Source of the DNA: Hyphochytrium catenoides
Lineage: Eukaryota; Protista; Hyphochytriomycota
Direction of reading: 5' to 3'
DNA: 64,000 bases
Assembly (NCBI GenBank): GCA_900088475.1
Contig: FLMG01000308.1
Span: 15,557 to 79,556 of the forward strand
Every line of letters starts with the position of its first letter. Position 1 is the stretch's first letter. Under the pieces are notes generated by a model, which was not told the origin of the DNA, did not search any database, and saw only the letters and a list, made by a program, of their open reading frames with translations. Position numbers and translations under genes: made by a program. Below, one piece after another: positions 37,144 through 46,671 of this stretch.

Positions 37144-39420
37144 CTAATAGATATCTGGGATGCCAAGTATCGCAGGTTGACTTGCACAGGATAAGAGCAC
37201 ACTTTCTGTCACCTCCGGCTCATACCTCACTGTGTTCTTGGTTATAACTGCGACACTTCCGTCAGCGTCCGTGACGGGCTGAAGCGAGAACCAGTTGACA
37301 TAGCCCAGCACCCGGTGCTGCCCATACTGAAGCATCACAAAGCCTTCAGCGGCCAAGTTCATTGACTCGCACAACAGAGTCCCTGGAACTTTCGCACGGG
37401 TAATTTGATAGGCTTCGCCTTTAGCAAAAGCCAACCGGCATCTCTGCAAGACCTCGCACAGCGTCTGGCTCGAGGCCAATTTGTCCTCGCTCCTCTGGAG
37501 CATTGCACCGCGAAGGTGCATTCGGTTAAAGCCTGAGAACATGAAGGCTAACAGGCTCCCATTACGCATAAAGTAGGTCTGGACCACAGCCATGAGAGCT
37601 ACAGCGCCCACCGCGCATATCGTGAACCAGCCGAACATAAAGTAGTATAAGGTGACGTAGCTCATCTGGGAGGTATAGACCTTGATGATGCTGTTCACAT
37701 AGTGACGTACAACCTTGCCCACCCAGTTATAGCCCTGGAAAAGGTCCATACCACGGGAGTTGACATAGGTAGGAATGTAGGTCCAGACCACAGGGAGAGT
37801 GACCAGAAACAAGTCCTCCGCAAAGTCTACAGAGTAATCTTTAGATACGATGATGTTGATCACCAGTGTACAGATCCTCAAGAGTAAAGCGCATGGCCAG
37901 ATGATCCGAGCGATAGACATGTATTTGAGGACCACGATGATGTACGCTGTGTTGCCCGTGTAGATCAGCTGTTGACAGAACATCACAATGTCTTCCACGC
38001 TCATGATGGTCTCAAAGGTCAGAAGGCTGAGGATGACCAAATCCCGACGTTCTCGCTTATGAATAACAAGTCCAAGGGATCGAGATGACGCCCAGTCCCA
38101 CAGCTTACGGTTCTGGCCTGCCAGTGCAACGTAAAGAGGGAAATAGATCGACCGCATACGATAGGCAAAGACCACAAGGAGAATGGCGACTCTCGCATAG
38201 TCCTTGTACCAAGATCGGATCTGCGTCAGGTCGCCCTCTGAGTAGTGATGGGTGCTGATAGTAACATTCATTCCGTCCTCCGTCCATGTCATATTGTTAT
38301 CCCTCGCTGTGGACGTCGTGCGAGCGGTCCATGGCGCTGCTGTGTCGCCGTACCAAGCATACGTTGTGATGTGGGTCGCTGCTCCGCCGATGTGGATGTC
38401 AGTAGAGCAGCCTAGAAGTTCCTCGAGGCTGAAGACCGGCGTTCTATAGTCGAGAGCCAGGCTAGTGAAGGCCAGGGTGCCGCCGTCTTTAGAGATATTG
38501 GCAATCAGCACCTCTTGAATATCCGTCTTCTTGTCGAAGATATAAAAGCCGCCGAACTCTCGACACCATTTTGATGCCTCAGTCCGGCTGATGCGATAGT
38601 TGATGACTCTTCCCTTCATTGTGGTGTAGGAGTCACACGGAAAGACATCTCCCTCGCCGACTAGCTGCAGACAAGATCTGCTCAATGAGCTGGTTTGCAC
38701 TGACCATTGGGTGGTCTTATACCGCTCACTAGGGATCCAGATATGCTGGCTATCCTTGGTCGTGCAGTTGCCAAAGAAGTTTCCAATGTGCTGATTAGCT
38801 TCTTTATCAAGAGGATAGTATGAGCGGCAACTGCCACCAGCCAAGGATCCTGTCCCATACACTGGGAGCTCGTAGTAGCAACCCTTAAAATTCTTTTCAT
38901 CCATCTTACACGGAAGAGCATCCTCTATCCGGAAGACATTCTTAACCCGCAGCTCCCAGACAGCCTCCTGATTGTCGCTGTCAGTATACAGATAGTAGCC
39001 ATACAGCGTCTTTGCCGGGTCCAGGATGGAGTTGAACGTGGACATAAGCCACATAAAGAAGCCAAAGAGTATCAGAAGGTTCTGCAGAAGTCTCCGTAAT
39101 GGGTTAGTCGTTCGGCCTCCCGCTGGACCCTTCCGTGAGCGATACGCATCGCCGCCGCCTCCGCTTGTTGCCGAGTTGCTCTGGTTCTTGTTATTGTTCA
39201 GGTTAGCTGCTCCTCCTGCTGCTGCGGATGAATTGAAGAGAGAGGAGGAGACGGGCTCCACGCGCGACATATTAGTGGTACTCTTCTCTTCGTCTTCAGC
39301 GGTCAGTGTTGGTTGTTTTGTTGTTTCTTCTATGGCACTGGCGCTGACTTTGATGCGTGACCCTCTCAGCGTGCCCAGTCGACTTGTCGATGGAGCAGGT
39401 GGTCCTAACGATAAGCCCAT
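37144..39420 (-). CDS. Uncharacterised 758-aa multi-pass membrane protein with a large Cys-containing lumenal/extracellular domain, intronless
   Basis: Long uninterrupted ORF: N-terminal TM (LLILFGFFMWLMSTF), about 280-aa Cys/aromatic-rich loop, 5-6 C-terminal hydrophobic segments and a soluble tail. Confidence 0.85.
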   Translation of the reverse strand: MGLSLGPPAPSTSRLGTLRGSRIKVSASAIEETTKQPTLTAEDEEKSTTNMSRVEPVSSSLFNSSAAAGGAANLNNNKNQSNSATSGGGGDAYRSRKGPAGGRTTNPLRRLLQNLLILFGFFMWLMSTFNSILDPAKTLYGYYLYTDSDNQEAVWELRVKNVFRIEDALPCKMDEKNFKGCYYELPVYGTGSLAGGSCRSYYPLDKEANQHIGNFFGNCTTKDSQHIWIPSERYKTTQWSVQTSSLSRSCLQLVGEGDVFPCDSYTTMKGRVINYRISRTEASKWCREFGGFYIFDKKTDIQEVLIANISKDGGTLAFTSLALDYRTPVFSLEELLGCSTDIHIGGAATHITTYAWYGDTAAPWTARTTSTARDNNMTWTEDGMNVTISTHHYSEGDLTQIRSWYKDYARVAILLVVFAYRMRSIYFPLYVALAGQNRKLWDWASSRSLGLVIHKRERRDLVILSLLTFETIMSVEDIVMFCQQLIYTGNTAYIIVVLKYMSIARIIWPCALLLRICTLVINIIVSKDYSVDFAEDLFLVTLPVVWTYIPTYVNSRGMDLFQGYNWVGKVVRHYVNSIIKVYTSQMSYVTLYYFMFGWFTICAVGAVALMAVVQTYFMRNGSLLAFMFSGFNRMHLRGAMLQRSEDKLASSQTLCEVLQRCRLAFAKGEAYQITRAKVPGTLLCESMNLAAEGFVMLQYGQHRVLGYVNWFSLQPVTDADGSVAVITKNTVRYEPEVTESVLLSCASQPAILGIPDIY

Positions 39421-42400
39421 GCTTCTAGGCTGTTAGTTCTTTTTTAAGCTGACGCTCCCGTCAGCAGCGAAAGGAGGACAATAACGTGAGGCGAAGAAGG
39501 GTGCAGCAACAGATGCAACGCCTAGACTATTGACCAGAAGATCCATCGTCTGAATGAAGACGAAAGCTACAAAGCTTATTGCACATCAAGGATGTACCGG
39601 CGCCAAATTGAAGAATGACAACATGGAACCAAACGATGGAGCTGTCAATGTCAGTCGGGCGAGAGAAGTAAGAGGCCACTCTCTCTGGCCCCTCGCTCTA
39701 TGTCTCCCATCATCACTGTTTTCTGCGAAGACGGAAGAATAACCACCAATGCATATTTCCCATATTTACTAGCGGCTACGGTCACCACCGACTTGGTCAC
39801 GCCAACCGCTTGAGTTTATAGAAGAAGCTGTGTTGATGATATGCTTAGGTAACCCACTCCGTACAATGTTCTGTCTCTCTCATCAAACGCCCATCTCCCT
39901 CCTCCCCTTTGCCGACGAGGGAGGAACGAAGGGAGGAAGATTTATGGGGCGGTGGGTCTCAGTGGGGAGAAGAGGAGGAAAGGCTCCATCTTGCCTGCAA
40001 TTGTTGCTCTCATGATGTGAGCTAATGAGCTAGGAAGTGATAAAGAATAGAAACTGCTGTCCTTCGCCGGAAAAGGGAGACAGGCTCGCTAGCAACCTTA
40101 ACATAGTAGCAGTGGCTGGACGGAACCTTGTTGTGAACAGGAGGGAGGGGCAGGTACATCCATCTTTCCTTCAGCCAGGCCTGTTCTTCAGCGTAATAAC
40201 GGCAAACAGAGGCAAGTAGGGCCACGTCTCATCATCTCCTCTGCTAACCTCTGCCTGGATGAGGGAAGAAGTCAGTAGTTAGAAACTGGAGAAGGAGGAG
40301 GAGAGGCCGATGGGATGATGATAGGATGACAAAGACGGAGGAGGAGCGACGAGAGGCACTAGGCAGAACAAGGAGTTGAGCTAGCTCAGGGATGAAACGG
40401 TGTCATAAAGTAAGGGACAACAAGCCTGGTAGTACAGCCGTCAAAGCGCGAGGAGGTGGGCGTTTCAGGGCCTTTATAACGGCCAGCTTTGCCCCTTCCG
40501 CCTCCCACCTGGTACAGTACATTATCTATGGAGTCGCTCCTCCTATTGCTGTCTTCTACCTGCCATTTGCTGTTTCTTTCATCAGTGTCATCATGATCTA
40601 GAGGAAGGAAGAAGGACCGTGATGATGTTGATGGTCATTATGTCCCGGCGTAGCTCCTCTCTCTTCTGACTGACTCTCGTTACGCTTGGCGGCGAGAAGC
40701 CTAACATAATGATGGTGCTACTGGTGCCAACTGCTGCTGGCTGTTGCTTGCTTTTATTAACAGCTGAAATGACAATGGTATAATCTATCCGTGGTTCCTC
40801 TGGGTCTACAGATGATGTCAGCAGAGAGGCAGTTGTTCTCGTCACTATATCAGGGCTCGCTATAGCAGTGGAACACATCATTTGCCTTGTTTTCTTCAGG
40901 ATTCAACCTCACATCGCTAGGTCGCTGGCAAGTTTTATGATGCTTGATAGTAGCATCAGGTTATTCATCAATCGTACGCCCTCCTCTTCACTTCTCCTCG
41001 TCTTTCTTACACTTACTACTGCTTACCCCTTCAACAGACGACGGTCGTTGTTATTGTTGAATAAGGAACATGCTGGTGTTCCCTGCCACCACCAGTGCCA
41101 GGCAAAAAGGTCCAGATGCCTGTTATCTCTCTGCGCTTGCTTTTATCGTCAGTCTCATCGGTCCTCAGCCATCATAATAAACATGATACTCTGAGTTGGC
41201 ACCACTAGTGCAAGCCCTTGCTGCCTGCAGCGAAAGTTGACAGCTGTTGCCATGCCTTACTCTGATCTCAGGGTGGCAGCAGATAGACGACAGACAAGGA
41301 AGACAGAAGGTTACTAGAAGATGACGCCGCCTAAGACGCACGAAAAAGAGGAGGCAGGAGCAGCAAGAACTTGATATCGATGCGACCCCTATAGTTTCAG
41401 TGGCCAAGGCACCGGCCACAGAGCCTAAACCTGAGAAAGATTAGACCCCGCCGGCCCGACTAATCTACGACGGAAGACGCTGCTAGGAAGTGTTCTTGGC
41501 ATACAAAGTCATCATCCGCGGGCTAATAAACTCCTGATCCCACGAGCTCCTATCCCCGAACGAGAAGAATGTTGAAGACTAGAGTCAACCTCAGCATCAG
41601 CTTGCTTTTATTGCCCTTCTCGTAGCCTGTGATGACTGAGTTGTCTCCTCTCTCTCCACAAATGATATGCAGGAAGGCCCATCATCAGGAGGACTGTCGA
41701 AACTCTTATTCTATCCAAGGAGTAGTTAGCAGTGACCACCTGGGCCACCGTCACGTGCATAACTAGGGTAGCTAGCCGCGCGAGCTCCTCTTGTCGATAT
41801 AATAGGAGTGAACGAGGAGGACGGGCATGTTTAATTGTTTTCCTTCCCTTTGTTGCTGAGCTCTTTACTAGAAGGATCTGAGGGTTACCGAGATATGTAG
41901 CTAGCAATCACCTCCAACCTTCTTCAGATCTCGTGCCATCTTGGATGGCCCATGTTAATAAAGAGACGGCTTCTTGTTGCGTCCATAATGCGGATTATAG
42001 ACAGGAGGAGGATGCGGCGAAGAAAGAGGGTCTATGTGTGAGACATTACTCTGGCAACGACACCAGTCTTCTTCCGTTTAGTGGCTCTTTGCTGTTGGAG
42101 GCTTAAGCTTTATTGAGATTATATTACTGACGAGCAGGAAGTTTTGCGACCTATACAAAGCAAAGGTGTAGACTTCTGCAGATAATATCGTTCTTCTTGT
42201 TGAGAAGCAAGGTTCATTGCCTTCCTCTCACAGTCACTCAGCCGCAGCAAAGGCCAGCCAAGTAGTAGGAGAATAATAGAGCCAAAACCAGGAAGAATCA
42301 GACCCCGCAGGATGATGGGAATGATGGAATTGAGAGCTTCAGGACTATGGTAAAAAGAATATGACCATCGCGCAACTAACTAAACCTGGAAACTGGCCTT

Positions 42401-43823
42401 CCGAAGAAGCATCATCAGTTAATCGATCGGTGCGTGAGGGCCGCTGCCCTTGGTCTAGACCTCTATTCGACCTGACCTCGTCAAACAGGATGGCCAGCGG
42501 TAGCTAAGCAGCACTCACTAACGACGCTCACTCATCCAACGCATGCTGAATAGCAGCATCAAGAATAGAATGAGTTGAAGATGATGGTGGAGTTTCTCTT
42601 CCTTAGTCCTGTGTCTGACCATATTGTGACGTCCGAGTCCACACCCTTCCTACCAAAGCTTAAAAGGAAGAAGGCCCCGTATCAACAGCCATTGACTGTA
42701 GATTCTAGTATTGTTGTCGTTGCACTGCATCACCGACCCGGCGGTTGTCTTCCATGATGTTCTAATCTTGTACGACCTCCTTCTCCTGGTGGTTGCTGCC
42801 TGCATCATTCTCTTCCCTCATGACATTATCTTTGCCTCTGCTCTATCTTACATCTATCATCTTCTCTTCCTTCCCTGACCATATCTCTTCTCGTCGATAT
42901 AGTTCTACTTCGCCGCCTGCTTCTTCCCTTTCGTTCGTCAACCTCATGGCCAAGCGCCACCACGACGAAGACCAGAAGAAGCCCCAAAAGAGTGGCGACG
43001 ACAGCGCCAGCGCCAGGCAGCAAGCAGTCGGGCCGATAGGTTCAGAAACTGCCGCGACGTTTGGTGTCGTCGCCTGTTCATCTCACAGGAACCAACTGGG
43101 CTGAGACAGAGTGGACAAGATGGTAGAGAGGTAGAGGAGGGAGATTGGAAGGGCTAGAGATGCGTCTAAGAGTAACTGCCTGTGTGTTTGTCCCTGTACG
43201 AGAGGTGTATGTCGCCGCCCCAACACCGAGTGCGTCCGACCGCCGTGATGCTGTCGTTCCAGGCTAAGCCGCAGCGACAACTCCTTTAATAGTAGCGGTT
43301 CAGAATAAGCTTCTATATTATGGCAGAATAACTTTATTATGAGCTGGTTTATCCCATATCCTCCGCCAAAAAAGTGTGAAGTCTTAGGATCTGCTGTGGG
43401 GTCAGGTCAGGGCTTTTCAGAACCGGTGCCCTCGAGACAGAGCGGTATAAGAGAGAGACAGATCAGAGGGGATAAAAATATACTAAGGGTGTACAGGTCT
43501 TATTGTTCAGACAGAGGGGTACATAGATCTTTATGACGGGATATACATAGAGGAGTGCTTCGTTAGGCTGACGAAAAGAAGGAGAGGAGGGGAGAGGACG
43601 GACAAGTGGGCAGTGTATGGGCTCAAGGACGGGCCAGAGAGGAAGAGTAAACAGAGCCAAAGGAAGGAAAGGTAGAGGAAAAAGATGACGCCACATTCAG
43701 AAGCGTGATAAAGCGGTTTATCCTTAGGTAGGAAGGTGCCATAATATTAGTCTTTCCGCTCTGGATACGGAATTGTATCAGAGAGATAACAGAAGGTAAA
43801 CCTCAAGCACTGACAGTGCAGTG

Positions 43824-43825
43824 GA

Positions 43826-43871
<46 letters not shown>

Positions 43872-43990
43872 GAGAGAGAGAGAGAAGAGAGAGAGAGAGC
43901 GAGCAAGCAGAGAAGAGAGAGGGCGAGCGGAGAAAAGAGAGAAAGAAAGAGAAGAGAAAAGAAACGAGAGAGAGAGAACGAGAGAGAAAG
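43824..43990. repeat. (GA)n microsatellite
   Basis: Long near-perfect GA run about 450 bp upstream of the 44444 ATG. Confidence 0.95.
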
Positions 43991-44443
43991 CGATGAAACT
44001 GGCTGTTGCTGTTGGGTCAGGTCTGGCTGGGCCCAAGTGCCGCCGTCACTTCGCGCCTCGAAAGCACTCGACCTTGCTCTCCGACAATCTCATACTTGTC
44101 TGCTATCCGCTATCTTACTACTGAACTAACTCTCTGGTGCAGCTCCCGTTCTCTCTACGACCCCTGCAGATGAGAAAGGTTCGATGAGCTTCTGGCTGAT
44201 GGGTTGGAGTCTTCTGAGCAGGGAATAGCTATAGTCCTAGCTCTTTCTGATCATTGCTTTACCTCTTGAGGTCCCGCGTGCCATCTGAAATCTGCGAATT
44301 GACTGTAGAAGGCGAAAGAGCAGGGCTTTTGAGTATTGGTGTCACTCCTGCAAAGCCTCTCTAGCAGATTCTACCCTTTGGCCGTGGCCGATAGCTGTCC
44401 TCCTTCACGGGCTGAAGGACTCTTACCCTGCTTTGACGAAGCT

Positions 44444-45442
44444 ATGAGAGCTTGCGCACGAGCGACGCTGAGCGCTTTGCTTCTCGGTAGCGTCCTCCCT
44501 GCGCTCACCGGCGCTCAGCAAAGCGCGGCGCAGATCTGCTCTTTGCCCTGTGACAGATCAAACAGTCAGGACATCTGCAACCCCTCCACAAATCCCGGTT
44601 CGCCGTGCCCTCCTTGCCGTGTACCCAAGACCACGGTTGGAAGCGTAGCATGGGATTGTTACGCAAGACAGGCAGGCAGAAGTGACTGCTCGGTGCTCTT
44701 CGGCGCCCCGGCACCTAAGGCCGTAGACTGCAGCAACGTTGACACGTTGGCAACAACCACTATCGCCCCCACCACCTCCACATCTGGGCCGACTACATCT
44801 CAACCTTCAACCAAGGCACCTACAGAGAGCTCCGAGTTAACAGAAAAGGTGGAGAAGCAGGCTTCTGAGGGGGAAAAGAGCTTCTTCTCCAGTACAACGG
44901 GCATCCTGGTTGTCGTCGGATCCGTCATTGCGTTGCTTCTTGTTGGGTTCTTTGTTGTCAGACACTTTAGGGACGGTTCATACCGATCAGACAGTGAAAG
45001 CTCCAGAGCGTACTTTGTGAGCCCGAAGACGAAGCAGATGATGGCTTCTACGCCAGATGTAGATAGGACGCCCCTTGGTGGAGCCCCTTACCAGGTTCTG
45101 CAGCAGCAACAGCAAGTGCCAGCTATTTTCTATGGCCGGCCGGATCCTTCACCCGTGAAGTCAGATGGCACTCTCTATGGGGTTGTGCCACCGCCCCCTC
45201 CCCACGTAGCGGCGCAGCAGGCGGCGGAGGGCTATGGTCAAGATGAAGTAACGCTAGCAGATAGAATCGCCCAGCTGAGGAACCGGAAGGCCTCCGCAGA
45301 GAGCATTGAGTTAGGGCTAGACCGGGTAAATGCTGATGAACGGGAGTCTGAAATGTCCGCGTCCGAGGTGGAGATTGACATGATACGAGCTACGAGAACG
45401 GACAGGACCCGGGCGTACTCTGCGGAGTCTACAGAGCTGTAG
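44444..45442 (+). CDS. Type I membrane protein (signal peptide, 8-Cys domain, Thr/Ser stalk, TM, cytosolic tail), intronless
   Basis: Signal-like MRACARATLSALLLGSVLPALTGA; CSLPC..C..CPPC..C..C..C; TTTIAPTTSTSGPTTSQP stalk; TM GILVVVGSVIALLLVGFFVV followed by RHFR. Confidence 0.85.
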   Translation: MRACARATLSALLLGSVLPALTGAQQSAAQICSLPCDRSNSQDICNPSTNPGSPCPPCRVPKTTVGSVAWDCYARQAGRSDCSVLFGAPAPKAVDCSNVDTLATTTIAPTTSTSGPTTSQPSTKAPTESSELTEKVEKQASEGEKSFFSSTTGILVVVGSVIALLLVGFFVVRHFRDGSYRSDSESSRAYFVSPKTKQMMASTPDVDRTPLGGAPYQVLQQQQQVPAIFYGRPDPSPVKSDGTLYGVVPPPPPHVAAQQAAEGYGQDEVTLADRIAQLRNRKASAESIELGLDRVNADERESEMSASEVEIDMIRATRTDRTRAYSAESTEL

Positions 45443-45626
45443 GACGCGGTCTGCATCATCTCTGTCATGTCTGTACATAGCAGGTTTTGTTACTAGATGT
45501 GCCATATATGTGTTAGCATGGAAGGAGAGGATAGAGAGAGTGAGAAGGCACGAACTGGAGCGCGAGAGCAGTGCGTCAAGCTAGTACTCCGTCCCTATCT
45601 GTTAAGAAGTCTATAGAGCTGTCTGG

Positions 45627-45884
45627 CTATCGTTCTATTGCGTACACCACCCTTCTCCTTTGCTTGTCCTTGATATAAAGATAGAGAGCGGTGGATGAGA
45701 GAGCAATGGTAGAAGCTTTCACCAGGCGCCATCGCCACTTTCTCCTCTCTGCCCTTTCAATGAGCTTCTGCGCCTCAAGCAGGGCCTCTTGTTCCCTCTC
45801 GCGTCGCCACCTCCAGAAGATGAAAGCGAGGTATGAGGAGACTCCGACAGCTGTCACAGTTAGCAGCTGGCTCCTGAGAGACAT
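45627..45884 (-). CDS. Putative 85-aa small membrane protein
   Basis: ATG start; two hydrophobic segments each followed by a basic cluster, separated by a short helical coiled segment. Confidence 0.5.
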   Translation of the reverse strand: MSLRSQLLTVTAVGVSSYLAFIFWRWRREREQEALLEAQKLIERAERRKWRWRLVKASTIALSSTALYLYIKDKQRRRVVYAIER

Positions 45885-46671
45885 GTTGTTGATGATATTA
45901 TTTGATGTTATTTCCTGCGATGCTCTTGAGCAAGAGAGGAAGCCTTCTCAGATGGTAGCTGCTCGCGTCTTCACTCGCTTCTTCTCGCCGTGATGTGGGA
46001 CTTCTTTCGTCCTTCACCACTCCAGCCCACAGAATTGGAAGCCGTAGACGCAAGCCAGCCCCAGCGATGCGGTTGGTCGTCCTCTTGCTCCCAGGATCGG
46101 ATCCCTTGTGTCAGTATCCCCCGCAGCTCTGTGCAGGTATAATCGGCGCTGGCTACTACTGGCGGCAGCTTCCACCCGCCTTTTGCTCCTGTCTCCTGTG
46201 CCAGCGTGGAAGTGGGGCGATGCTGCCGCCAGCTTCTTGAATACAGAGACGGCATCCCGTTAGCGGCTACCGATCGGAACAGCTTCGTCTGTCTTCACGC
46301 ACTTTCCAGCTTTCCAGGCACTTTGCTGGCTGCTTCTCCAACGGAGGAGGAGGCGAAGAGACGAAGAGAAGGCGCGATACCGCAGCAGGAAGCAAGGAGA
46401 AGACAGATAAGCCACGACCAGTGCAGTGTCGCAGCGGGAGCTCAGAAAGGAACGCTCTTTCACGTCCTCGCTGCGGAGGGCGGTCATCCGCATCTGTCTG
46501 CGAGCCATCTGGGTGCGATGACCGCGAGGCACATGAGGTGCATGCTGACTGCCATCCGCCTGTCTTGCGAGACAAAAGCCTTAGCTGCTGCGTTCTTTTG
46601 AAAGGGATGTGAAAACTTTCTCTCGTAGCAATTGAAGGAAGAGAGTCGCTGGGAGAGCGCAGGACAGCAGG

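Noticed and set aside
43803-44124. RE-rich and SL-rich ORFs (also at 11483-12065 and 57752-58660)
   Set aside because: Translation artefacts of GA/TC microsatellites.
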